NCBI GenBank assembly: GCA_963748215.1
Contig: CAVVHS010000009.1
Coordinates: 128,001 to 192,000, forward strand
DNA: 64,000 bases
Direction of reading: 5' to 3'
From: an uncultured Gammaproteobacteria bacterium
GTDB taxonomy: Bacteria; Pseudomonadota; Gammaproteobacteria; UBA9214
Numbering within the stretch: the first letter of the stretch is position 1; each line of letters opens with the position of its first letter. The notes beneath the pieces were generated by a model. It saw nothing but the letters and a program-made list of their open reading frames with translations. It did not search any database and was not told the DNA's origin. The position numbers and the translations under genes were made by a program. Below, piece by piece: positions 10,980 through 20,221 of the stretch.

Positions 10980-11849
10980 ATGAGTATCTCATCTGTCGGG
11001 AATCATCCGTATACCGGTGCTGTCATGGATCTGCCGGCTACAAAGGAACGCCACGTACATCGCTTGAACAGTGAAGCGATAGCGGCAGAACCCTCCGTCA
11101 AGGCCAATGCCGATGACGAATCCGTCACCCGCGCCGAAAGACACGATCATCACGGGCACGACAGGCATCACGGGCATCACGGCCATCACGGGCATCGCGG
11201 TCACGGGTTCGGCTTTGGTCGTTATGGTATGGGCATGGGCCACGCCATACACGAACAGCTGCGTGCCGCACGCCGGGAGGTTGCCAGCGAGCAGGTCGGT
11301 GAGGCCGTTGTCGACCTGACGACAAAGGTAGCCGAAGTGATCGGGGCCGCAGGGCAGCTGGATGGCATGAATACCGCGCAGGAGAATTTTACTGCCGCGG
11401 TTCAGGATGTGGTGGATCGTTTTGACAGCGGCGAGATCGGACGTCGCGGCGCGATGGCCGGATTCCGTGCCGCCTTCGAGGGTCTTGCCGATGCGGTGCG
11501 TAGCGGCTCCGCGAGCGATGCGTCGGTTACCGAAAATGATGTGCCGGTCGACACTAGCGCCGCGGATGCCAGCGTCGTATCTGACGGCGCGGCAGATCCG
11601 GTTGCGGGGGAGGCGACGGACGGGGAGAGCGGATCCCTGGTCGAAAACCTTGGCCAGGTTTTCAATTCGTTCATGCAGGGTCTGAGATCCGATTTCGCGG
11701 CGCTGGGCGGGATACGATCATTCATGTCGGCAGAAAACCGCGACATGATTCGTCAAACGTTTGTGGGTCTGTACCGCGAACTCGCCGGCCTGAATGCCGG
11801 GGAAGCGGACGTTGATACGGAGGCCGCGGGCGTCGACCAGCTCGCTTGA
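10980..11849 (+). CDS. Hypothetical His-rich, acidic protein
   Basis: ORF with GGGGAAAG RBS before ATG 10980; HDHHGHDRHHGHHGHHGHRGH tract; no recognisable family. Confidence 0.75.
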   Translation: MSISSVGNHPYTGAVMDLPATKERHVHRLNSEAIAAEPSVKANADDESVTRAERHDHHGHDRHHGHHGHHGHRGHGFGFGRYGMGMGHAIHEQLRAARREVASEQVGEAVVDLTTKVAEVIGAAGQLDGMNTAQENFTAAVQDVVDRFDSGEIGRRGAMAGFRAAFEGLADAVRSGSASDASVTENDVPVDTSAADASVVSDGAADPVAGEATDGESGSLVENLGQVFNSFMQGLRSDFAALGGIRSFMSAENRDMIRQTFVGLYRELAGLNAGEADVDTEAAGVDQLA

Positions 11850-11866
11850 ACGGGTGCGGGCCGAGG

Positions 11867-12109
11867 GTATTAATGGTGGCGTCCCTGTCGTGGTGCCTCC
11901 CCCAAACTGACAGGACCACCCCGTGCCGGTCCCCAGTTCGAGTACGAGACTGGACGAAATATCAAGTAGTTGTATTAAGGTGACATCCCTGTCATGCAAC
12001 TTCCTGGCAAGCTTGATTACTCGTTCAGTGTCCTCGAGCTGGTGCGATCACGGGGTTGCGGTATCAATCCGGTTGTAATAGGTGACGTCCCTGTCGTACT
12101 ACTTCCCTG
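11867..12109 (-). ncRNA. Candidate structured RNA: three ~35-50 bp motif copies at ~103 bp period with minus-strand GGA hairpins
   Basis: TCCCTGTC core at 11882, 11986 and 12088 in a conserved context; minus strand reads GACAGGGA(C/T)G(C/T)CACC. The repeat is seen; RNA status is inferred. Confidence 0.45.
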
Positions 12110-12495
12110 ATAAACCGATACACCCAACCTGTACTACGCACTTGCTTCTGACCCGGTCCCGGCTGATGTTTTTTATCGGAATGCCGGTTACGCGGGACTG
12201 GTCCTGCTGCACTCCATCCCCCATGACTTGAACATCCAATACCAGAATTTACGCGAAGCAATCCGTGACGTGCATGCATAAAGGCATGCGTACGTGGTAT
12301 TGGAAAAAATCGGTGTCTTGGCTGGCGCGCGACTGAAGGCCGCGTGCGGTTGTCACTCAGGGCAGATTTAGGACCCGTAGTTACGGTGGTGACAACTTGA
12401 ACGGAAGTATATAAAAACTGTACGGTATTACAAGCAGTTTTTCATGATTCCGGAATATATTTTGCAGACTGCGCTCTAACTGTTTGTAAACAGCG

Positions 12496-13122
12496 TCAAG
12501 GCAGTTTCAGTAATGCTGTCAGTTCCGGTTCCATTCCCGTGGCCATGCGCGTCTTGGCATATTCTTCATAAGCTTCGACGATCCGCTCGCTCAGCTGCTT
12601 CAGAGACTGGTTGCGCGGGCGGCAGATGCCGTGCAGGAGTAACAGTGCATCGTCCCTGCAAATTCCCTGGCTATGCATCACCAGGCCGAGTGCAACGCTT
12701 ACGATGCCTGATACGTGGACGGCGCGACCGAGGTTGTAGATTTCCCGGGACCGGGATAGCGACGCCTCGATTTCGGCGCTGACCTGACTCGGTGTGAGTG
12801 GCTTGACCAGGTAGCCAAGGGCGCCCAGCTGGGAAGCCGCGGACACGGTCTGGAAATCGTCTGACGCGGTCAGAAAGATGAACGGGATGCCGAACTCGAA
12901 TTTCAGGCGTTTTGCCAGTTCCAGTCCCGAGGTGTCCGGGAGTTCCTGGTCGATGATGGCCAGGTCAAAACGCCGCTTCACACAGGCTGCGATAGCCTCC
13001 TTGCCGTCGCTGGCTGTGTTGATCCTGAAGCGTTCGTTCCTGATGCCCTCGCCGAAGGCGAGCCGGATCACCGGGTCATCGTCCACCAGCAGTATTTCCG
13101 ACTGAGGGTGTTTATGCGCCAT
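12496..13122 (-). CDS. Response regulator, REC plus degenerate ANTAR-like output domain
   Basis: ILLVDDD, DQELP, FLTA, YLVKP; C-terminal IVSVALGLVM..QGI..DDA..LL....R.RNQSL..LSERIV resembles the ANTAR pattern. Confidence 0.75.
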   Translation of the reverse strand: MAHKHPQSEILLVDDDPVIRLAFGEGIRNERFRINTASDGKEAIAACVKRRFDLAIIDQELPDTSGLELAKRLKFEFGIPFIFLTASDDFQTVSAASQLGALGYLVKPLTPSQVSAEIEASLSRSREIYNLGRAVHVSGIVSVALGLVMHSQGICRDDALLLLHGICRPRNQSLKQLSERIVEAYEEYAKTRMATGMEPELTALLKLP

Positions 13123-13240
13123 GGCTTGCCTGCGGCATGCCTGAGGGCGGGATGTCATTGGTATGGTGTTTCTGCCTGCACATGTATGTGAATCCATTCG
13201 GTGGCGATAGGTATGACGACAGTCAATGTAAATACTTCAA

Positions 13241-16200
13241 TCAGTGGGCTATTTCAAGGGCGGCATGGTTAATACCGGATTTTATTGCCTGTTCCTGCTG
13301 TAATATTACATTCACACGGCCGTATTCCTGTTCCATCAGATCAACGATTTCCACGGCGCCAAGCGTCGAGCCGCCGCGGCCCAGTCTGTCCAGCCGCTCA
13401 CACAGACCGGCCAGCGCGGCAGCGCCCAGTTGCGCGGAACTGGACTTGAACTTGTGTGCGGTACGGCTTAGTCCCTGTGCATCGCCATGCAGTGCGGCGC
13501 TGCGCAGTTCCTGCATGTGTTGCGGGGCTGTTTGCAGGTACAGGTCGATGATGCGTTCCATGAGACGCTCGCCGTTCTCCATATTGCGATACTCCTCCAG
13601 GCATGCCGGGTTGAATGTCAGGCCCTCCGGCTCGAGAGGTGTGGCAGGAGGCGTTGCCTGCATGGCATTTCCGTCGTGGTCCGGACGGCAACGTGGCAAC
13701 TGGCCGGCAAGCATGGTGTACAAGGCTTCCATTGTCAGCGGCTTGCAGAGGTAATCGTCCATGCCGGCCGCGAGGCACTTGTCGCGTGCGTCGCTCATGG
13801 CATTGGCGGTCAGGGCGACAATCGGAATGTGACGCCCCGGATGCTCCGCCTCACGCGACCGTATTTCACTGGTTGCCCGGTAACCATCCATCACCGGCAT
13901 CTGGCAATCCATCAGGACCAGGTCGAATTCGTTGTTATGCAGCAGTGCCAGGGCACTGGCGCCATCGGCCGCCACGCTAACCTTGCAGCTCATCGACTCC
14001 AGCATATAGGTTGCCACTTCCCGGTTGATCGTATTGTCCTCTACAAGGAGTACATGCGCGGCAAGGGGGGCTGCGCGACGCCAGTCGAACCGGGGCGGGC
14101 TGGGCTCGATTGCGTTAGCCTCGGAGCGAGGCAGGCGGATACTGAACCAGAATTCCGAACCTGCCTCGTTGTCACTGGTTACGCCAATCGTACCTTCCAT
14201 CTGTTGTACCAGTTTTTTGCAAATGGTCAGTCCCAGGCCGCTGCCGCCATAACGACGCGTGGTGGACCCGTCGGCCTGGGAGAACGAGTCGAAGATATAT
14301 TCCTGCGCATCCTTGCTGATGCCGATGCCGGTGTCCGTAACCGAGAATCGCAGGCTGGCGTCCTGTTGGGTGGCATCGTCCGCCTCCACAGAGAGCGTGA
14401 CGCTGCCCGTATGAGTGAACTTGATTGCATTTGCCATGAGATTGTTGATGATCTGGCGCAAACGCGTGGTATCGCCAATCCATGTGCTATGAATGCCAGG
14501 CGCAATTTTGCAATGCAGGGCCAGTCCTTTCCGGGTCGCCTGCTCATGAAACAGCAGACCGGTCTCCATGATCAATTCGTTGATATCAAAGGGTTCCGGA
14601 TTAAGCTGCAACCTGTTTGCCTCTATGCGGGACAGGTCGAGGACGTCGTTGATCAGGCGCAGAAGCAACCTGCCGGATTGCTGTATGCGTGAAGCAAGCT
14701 GGTATTGACGACTGTTCATCCGGCTTTCCAGCAGTAACTCCGACATGCCCAGAATGCCATTCATCGGTGTACGGATTTCGTGGCTCATGGTTGCCAGGAA
14801 TTCACTCTTGGCGCGGTCGCTGGACTCGGCTTTGTCCTTGGCCTCCAGGATTTTTTCCTCGGCCTCGCAGCGATCCGTGATGTCCATGATGATGCCGGTA
14901 TACATCTGTTTGCCGCCGATAAACATGTTACTGACGGCCAGCGATACCGGAAATTCGCTGTTATCCCTGCGGCGCATGACGATCTTTATGTCTTTCTGCA
15001 GGGTGTTATCGACACCGCTGTTCATCAGTTCCGTAAAGGCGACGTAGTATTTATTCTGTTTGCGCTCCGGTACCAGCATAAGGGCATTTTTGCCAATGAC
15101 ATGCCGTGCCTGGTAGCCGAACATCTGTTCCGCGGCGGGATTGAAGCTCTCGATGTTGCCTTCGTCGTCGGTTGTAATGAGTGCGCCGAACATGGTCTCC
15201 ATGATCGTGCGCTGGCGGATTTCACTCTGCTGCAAACGTTGCATGAACAGGTTCTTCGCGTGGCTGGCATTCTCTGCCTGTATTTTCAGTCTGGTCAGCT
15301 GGCCGACCTGGTTACGGACCGCTTGCAGGATAAAACCCACGATGAGCAGGAAGATTGCTGCACTTGAAAACTGCGTTACCAGCAAGTGGTCACGGGCCTT
15401 CGATGTCCGTTCATTGGCGATGGTATCGAGCTGCGCAATGTATTCCTGAACGACAGTTGATGCGCTTGCCAGATTATTGCTCACGCTGTCAGTCAGCGAA
15501 TTGAGCTGGTCATTCAGCCTTACCCGTTCCTGCCGCAACGTGATTCCGCTTGCCAGTACATCATACAAGGGGATATCAACGGTCCCGGTTGTATGGTGCT
15601 GGTTCGGCCCTGCGGTCGTGTATCCAAAAAGCTGCGCGGCAATATTATCGACCAGCGTGACACTCAGGGGTGTCGCCGTGCCGCTATTTGCAGTGAAGGT
15701 GCGGATATGCAGCCTGAGTGCATCAAGCTTGGGTTCCAGCCGGTTCTTTCTTGTTTCAGACAATTCGTGGAGGTTGTCACTCGAGCCCATTGAATCGATG
15801 AGCCTTTCAATATCCGTCAGGTCAGCCAGGATTGTCCCCAGATAGGTGTGGCCGACATTTGGATATTGATTACTGAATGCCAGTTCATTAGACCTGTTGA
15901 TTTGAGTTGTTCTGTCGATAATCTCTCTCAGCGACTGGTTCGACGATGTTGCATTGGCTACTTGCTGTTCAAACGCGTCAAGGCTGTCCCGGACCCTGGC
16001 GAGAGGTCGCTGCATGCCGGCTTCATCCCAGTAAAGAACGTACTGGGTCCGCCAGTTGCGTGCCGAGTAGTGCAGGGCTACAAGACCGGATGCAACCTGG
16101 TTAAGTTCGTCGCTGAGAGGTGTGGTTGAATCTGCACTCAACAGTTTCTGCAAGGTGTGTATGTCGCTGTTGAGTGCGCCTAGCGAGTCGCTTGAGTTGT

Positions 16201-16492
16201 CGTGCGTTTGCTGGTGTTCGGTCTTGTAAAGAATGTTGCTGATGATGGCCCTTGCGTGGCCCAGGTTGTGCTCGATGCTGGCAATGGTATTGCCCACCTG
16301 CATACGATGCCGAAGTATTTGTTCGCGGTCGGTCTCGAGGTCCTCGAAGGCTTTCTGCACGAGCAATGTGGAGATGTAGCCGGCAAGCAGTGCCGTTATT
16401 ACCAGGCCCGTGCAGAGCAACAGGATACGGATGCTTTCCTTGCCCGTAGACTGCATCGTGAAGTCGGTACGGGATGAACCTGCCTGTGTCAT
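13241..16492 (-). CDS. Hybrid sensor kinase (TM-periplasmic-TM-PAS-HisKA-HATPase-REC-HPt)
   Basis: [15 protein letters not shown]; NAIKFT; DTGIGI; GGSGLGL; LMDCQMP; AHKFKSSS. Confidence 0.93.
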   Translation of the reverse strand: MTQAGSSRTDFTMQSTGKESIRILLLCTGLVITALLAGYISTLLVQKAFEDLETDREQILRHRMQVGNTIASIEHNLGHARAIISNILYKTEHQQTHDNSSDSLGALNSDIHTLQKLLSADSTTPLSDELNQVASGLVALHYSARNWRTQYVLYWDEAGMQRPLARVRDSLDAFEQQVANATSSNQSLREIIDRTTQINRSNELAFSNQYPNVGHTYLGTILADLTDIERLIDSMGSSDNLHELSETRKNRLEPKLDALRLHIRTFTANSGTATPLSVTLVDNIAAQLFGYTTAGPNQHHTTGTVDIPLYDVLASGITLRQERVRLNDQLNSLTDSVSNNLASASTVVQEYIAQLDTIANERTSKARDHLLVTQFSSAAIFLLIVGFILQAVRNQVGQLTRLKIQAENASHAKNLFMQRLQQSEIRQRTIMETMFGALITTDDEGNIESFNPAAEQMFGYQARHVIGKNALMLVPERKQNKYYVAFTELMNSGVDNTLQKDIKIVMRRRDNSEFPVSLAVSNMFIGGKQMYTGIIMDITDRCEAEEKILEAKDKAESSDRAKSEFLATMSHEIRTPMNGILGMSELLLESRMNSRQYQLASRIQQSGRLLLRLINDVLDLSRIEANRLQLNPEPFDINELIMETGLLFHEQATRKGLALHCKIAPGIHSTWIGDTTRLRQIINNLMANAIKFTHTGSVTLSVEADDATQQDASLRFSVTDTGIGISKDAQEYIFDSFSQADGSTTRRYGGSGLGLTICKKLVQQMEGTIGVTSDNEAGSEFWFSIRLPRSEANAIEPSPPRFDWRRAAPLAAHVLLVEDNTINREVATYMLESMSCKVSVAADGASALALLHNNEFDLVLMDCQMPVMDGYRATSEIRSREAEHPGRHIPIVALTANAMSDARDKCLAAGMDDYLCKPLTMEALYTMLAGQLPRCRPDHDGNAMQATPPATPLEPEGLTFNPACLEEYRNMENGERLMERIIDLYLQTAPQHMQELRSAALHGDAQGLSRTAHKFKSSSAQLGAAALAGLCERLDRLGRGGSTLGAVEIVDLMEQEYGRVNVILQQEQAIKSGINHAALEIAH

Positions 16493-16540
16493 GCACTGAT
16501 TCCGGTCGTTACCGTGACTGTGGTGGACGCTATCTTACTT

Positions 16541-16567
16541 GATCCGGCAGCGGGGTAGAAAGGTTGA
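16541..16567 (-). promoter_or_regulatory. Possible sigma-28-like promoter for the kinase
   Basis: Minus strand TCAA-N15-GCCGGATC; -10 element only partly matches. Confidence 0.3.
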
Positions 16568-16873
16568 TGCCAGTGATGACTTCATCTGTGCAATGTTGCA
16601 GGTCTGCCAGTGGTGGTTGTGCTGGAGATTGATATATTGCTGATTCACAAAAACATTACAGCATGTCGGGACAATCCGCGCGGTGCTGAACATTCATGTA
16701 ATATAGCTAAGCTTGGCGGGCCACACCGGCCGGGCAAGCCCCTTCAGATCACGGAGTCGGTGGTGTTGCCGAGAGCCGAATGAACCTAAGTGCATTTCGC
16801 GTCCGGTCTGCTGCACGGCGACTCAGGTTCAACATCGCAATGGCTTTCGACTATTCCTGGAGAAATACATTAA

Positions 16874-17275
16874 ATGAATCAACTTACCGAGCAAGACCGC
16901 CTTGATCTTGGCCGTCTTGTCATCAATACGCTTGATGACTGGGGCATCAATTCCGCTGACCAGGTTGTCATACTGGCCTTGCCGGGCAAGGTATCGGGAC
17001 GTCACCTGCGTCGCTACCAGGATGATACGCCGCTGCCCGATGACCCCGAGGTGCTCAAGCGTGTCGAGCATCTGCTCGGTATTGCCGATGCCTTGCGTAC
17101 CACTTTCCCGCGTAATGAGAAGATAGCCGTGATCTGGCTGGCGCAGCCCTGCAGGAGACTGCGTCGCCGCCGCCCGGTCGATATCATGCTGGAAGACGGC
17201 CTCAGCGGCCTGATAACGGTACGTACCCACCTCGACTGTTCCTTTGCCTGGCGTGAATCAGAGCGTACTGACTGA
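16874..17275 (+). CDS. Xre/MbcA/ParS-antitoxin-like (DUF2384) protein
   Basis: C-terminal WL.QP...L...RP.DIM...G..GL..V...LD; GGAG RBS. Confidence 0.7.
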   Translation: MNQLTEQDRLDLGRLVINTLDDWGINSADQVVILALPGKVSGRHLRRYQDDTPLPDDPEVLKRVEHLLGIADALRTTFPRNEKIAVIWLAQPCRRLRRRRPVDIMLEDGLSGLITVRTHLDCSFAWRESERTD

Positions 17276-17314
17276 AACGAGAATGGTCGGATGTGAGGCC
17301 GGAACCGGATCAAT

Positions 17315-17719
17315 ATAATGGCCACGGAATCCACGGAAGAACACGGAAAAATAACAAACACAGGTGTAGGGTGCGTTTTACGCACCGGCAGCGGTACACA
17401 GAGCGCACCCTGCGAAAAAGAATTGCCACGGAATCCACGGAAGAACACGGAAAAATAAAAAACCGCGGGTAGGGTGCGTTCTACGCACCGGCGAATGGCG
17501 CACCAAATGCACCCTGCACCTGCAGAAATTCGTGAAGCGTGAAAGGTGAAACGTGAAACGAAAAGCTTGACTCCGGTTCAGTGCAGGTATTAACACTCAC
17601 GTCTCACGTCTCACGTCTCACGTCTCACGTCTCACGTCTCACGTCTCACGTCTCACTCAATGGTGCACGGAGTGCACCCTACATTATTTCCGCGTTCTTC
17701 CGTGGATCCCGTGGCCATT
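17315..17719. repeat. Composite quasi-palindromic repeat cluster
   Basis: GCCACGGAATCCACGGAAGAACACGGAAAAATAA at 17321 and 17425, inverted degenerate copy 17684-17719; GTAGGGTGCG...CGCACC REP-like palindromes at 17366, 17469 and (inverted) 17662. Confidence 0.9.
17596..17656 (+). repeat. Heptamer microsatellite (CTCACGT)x8.7
   Basis: 61 bp perfect tandem repeat; degenerate complement (GTGAAAC-like) at 17532-17560. Confidence 0.97.
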
Positions 17720-17762
17720 CTTCTTCTCATGTCTCACATCCGTTCGCTAGCGGCCTCCGGGC

Positions 17763-18695
17763 CTACAAGGCCCTGGACTCCGTGCGCAGGGCACTGCCGA
17801 CCGCCAGCAGGCAACTGGCCGCGGATGCCTGGTCGAGCTCCTGTTCAGCGCCGATGACATCACGTATCGTCACGGTGCGGGTGGTCAGTCCGAGTGTCTG
17901 CTGCAGCGCGTCCTCCAGTCCGTAGAGCGTGAGCGGCAAGGGCAGGATGGCGATGGTCCGGATCGGGGCCTGGCGGAAGTGCTGCTCGTAATAGTCGATG
18001 GAGCGCTGGATCTCCAGTGCCAGCCGGCTGCTCAGCGCATGGGGATTCGAGGCATTCTCCTGCAGATCGACATAGCCGAAATCGATGGTGCGCGTGAGAT
18101 AGAGTGTCGCCCGGTGCGTCAGGGTAATGAGGCACTGGTGCGGGCTGAAATACAGGGTGGCCAGGCCCGATGCATCTTCCGGGAGGCGGGCGGCGAGGTT
18201 GCGCATCGCCAGTTCGGGTATATCGATAACCTCCAGATTGATGCCGGCCTGCTCCAGCTGGTCGATGCGCTGCTTTACCGTGGCGGCACGTGCGACCACG
18301 ACGTACATCTGCTTGCGCGTTCCCGCGGGACCGCCAGGTGGCGCATCGAACACATCGAGCACGGCATCATCGATATGGAAGTCGATCAGCTCCTGGATCT
18401 GCCAGCGCACGGCGGCGCGCAGTTCCTGGGGCGGGACCTCGGGTGCGTCGACCACCAGCAGCTGATAATCACCGATATCGAGCAACGTCGAGCACTGCTG
18501 CCGGTCCAGGTTGCGGCCTTTCAGGAATTTTTCCTGACTGGCCTTGTCGCCAGGCGGCAGGGATTGGAACGAACATGACTGCAGGCTGGCGCCGGCCTTG
18601 CCCTGTTGGCGTACGCTGGCAATGGCGACACCATTTTCCGTGGAGACGATGCCGGTCATCGCGCCGGGTGGTTTCCTGCTAAATAATGTGACCAT
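17763..18695 (-). CDS. PilM-like MSHA biogenesis protein (MshI N-terminal type)
   Basis: YQLL.V.AP.VP..EL..AVRW.I.ELID; IDIPELA.RN; LYLTR; LALEIQRS.DYY. Confidence 0.85.
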   Translation of the reverse strand: MVTLFSRKPPGAMTGIVSTENGVAIASVRQQGKAGASLQSCSFQSLPPGDKASQEKFLKGRNLDRQQCSTLLDIGDYQLLVVDAPEVPPQELRAAVRWQIQELIDFHIDDAVLDVFDAPPGGPAGTRKQMYVVVARAATVKQRIDQLEQAGINLEVIDIPELAMRNLAARLPEDASGLATLYFSPHQCLITLTHRATLYLTRTIDFGYVDLQENASNPHALSSRLALEIQRSIDYYEQHFRQAPIRTIAILPLPLTLYGLEDALQQTLGLTTRTVTIRDVIGAEQELDQASAASCLLAVGSALRTESRAL

Positions 18696-18743
18696 AATAA
18701 ATCCCTCTCCATGATTCATTCGCGGACGTGGACCACGACTGCA

Positions 18744-18801
18744 TGCACCCTTGTAGGGTGCACTTTGTGCACCACTTCTTGGTGCGTGGAACGCACCCTA
18801 C
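18744..18801. repeat. GTAG-type REP-like palindrome pair
   Basis: GTAGGGTGCACTTTGTGCACC...GGTGCGTGGAACGCACCCTAC; same family as at 17366 and 22218. Confidence 0.8.
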
Positions 18802-18856
18802 ATCTTTGTGCACCTTTTCATAGTGCGTGGAACGTATCCTGCCTCTGGCGTATACA

Positions 18857-20221
18857 TCACTGGATCACCTCGCTCCAGTGCACCAGGGCAACGCCACCAC
18901 CTGCGCCACCGGATGCGTAGACCGCGTTAAGATTGCTGCCGGTCGGCGAGGTCTGGCCACTCCAGCTGCTACCGTTCCAGGTAGCGATGGTGCCATCTTC
19001 CCCGACCAGATAGCCTTCGGTTGCGCTGACCATGTAAACGGAGTTCAGGTTTTTATTTGCAATGCTCGATGTATTCCCGATTCGGGTCCAGGCCGAGCCG
19101 TTCCAGTGATTGATGTTCTCGTAGCCGGAGCGTTCGCCCACGGCCCAGCAGTCGTTGCTGGCGGCACAGTGCACGCTCTTGAGCGTTTTGTTCGGGACGC
19201 TGCCAGACGGGCCGGAACGGCTCCAGCTGCTGCCGCTCCAGTGGATAATAAGCTCGCCACTTTCGACCTCGCCAACCGCCCAGCAGTCGTTGCCGGCGAC
19301 GCAGTGCACGCTGTAGAGCGTCTTGTCAGGTATGCTGCCAGAGGTGCCGGCGCGGTTCCAGCTGCTGCCGTTCCAGTGGATGATCAGTTCGCCATTTTCA
19401 GCCTCGCCCACGGCCCGGCAGTCGTTGCCGGCGACGCAGTGCACGCTATAGAGCGGTTTGTCCGGGATGCTGCCATAGGGCCCGACGCGGCTCCAGGTCG
19501 TGCCGTTCCAGTGGATGATAAGCTCGCCGCCTTCAGCCTCGCCGACCGCCCAGCAGTCGTTGCTGGCAACGCAATGTACGCTGTACAGCTCCTTGTTGGG
19601 AATACCGCCATAGGGGCCGGAGCGGCTCCAGCTGCTGCCGTCCCAATGGATGATCAGCTCGCCACCGCTGTCCGTACCGACCGCCCAGCAGTCATTGCCA
19701 GACGCGCAGTGCACGCTGTTGAGTTCCACGTTCGGGATGCCACCGTACGGTCCGGCGCGGCTCCAGCTGCTGCCGTCCCAGCGGATGATCAGTTCACCGC
19801 CGTCAACCTCGCCCACCGCCCAGCCACCGGCGCCGCCCCCCGCCGTCAGGTCGCCATCGATGGTGCGCGTTACGGTATTCGCTGCGATGGTGGTCGTCAC
19901 GCTGCCGCTGACGCGGATGTGGCAAAGGGGTCCGACCAGGGCCGCTGACTGCACCTGGAAACTGCCGCGTCCGATGGCAGCGGTCTCGCCGGCCAGTGCG
20001 GTGCAGGCACTTCCGCTGGCATAGCGCCAGGCGGCGCGCTCGAGTCCGCTTTCGGCGATGAACAGGGCCTCGATTCCGTCGTTGTGCAGGGCACTGTCGG
20101 TGATGCTGCTGGCGGCCATGCGTTGCACGGCGGCCAGCAGCACGGTAATGGCAAGGATCAGGAACAGGGCGCCGATCAGGGTGACGGCGCCGCGCTGGCG
20201 TTGCGCTGACGGCGCAGTCAT
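18857..20221 (-). CDS. MshP/PilX-like minor pilin with inserted 7x~45-aa repeat domain (putative beta-propeller adhesin)
   Basis: QRG|AVTLIGALF prepilin without E5; ALFIAESGLE motif; repeats WAVG...ELIIHW.GSSW...L.SVHC...NDC. Confidence 0.85.
   Translation of the reverse strand: MTAPSAQRQRGAVTLIGALFLILAITVLLAAVQRMAASSITDSALHNDGIEALFIAESGLERAAWRYASGSACTALAGETAAIGRGSFQVQSAALVGPLCHIRVSGSVTTTIAANTVTRTIDGDLTAGGGAGGWAVGEVDGGELIIRWDGSSWSRAGPYGGIPNVELNSVHCASGNDCWAVGTDSGGELIIHWDGSSWSRSGPYGGIPNKELYSVHCVASNDCWAVGEAEGGELIIHWNGTTWSRVGPYGSIPDKPLYSVHCVAGNDCRAVGEAENGELIIHWNGSSWNRAGTSGSIPDKTLYSVHCVAGNDCWAVGEVESGELIIHWSGSSWSRSGPSGSVPNKTLKSVHCAASNDCWAVGERSGYENINHWNGSAWTRIGNTSSIANKNLNSVYMVSATEGYLVGEDGTIATWNGSSWSGQTSPTGSNLNAVYASGGAGGGVALVHWSEVIQ

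Noticed and set aside
11867-12109. Canonical CRISPR array
   Set aside because: Repeats are degenerate, the ~103 bp period is too long, and there are no cas genes; kept as a candidate RNA instead
12420-12433. GacA/UvrY box upstream of the GGA array
   Set aside because: TGTA-N6-TACA is shorter than the 18-bp TGTAAG-N6-CTTACA consensus, so support is insufficient
16874-17275. Complete RES-Xre toxin-antitoxin system
   Set aside because: No toxin ORF is adjacent
17315-17520. CRISPR array
   Set aside because: Only two direct copies, the intervening sequences are themselves repeats, inverted copies occur, and there are no cas genes
17581-17925. ORF with SHVSRLT repeats
   Set aside because: It is a translation of the heptamer microsatellite and overlaps the PilM-like gene antisense
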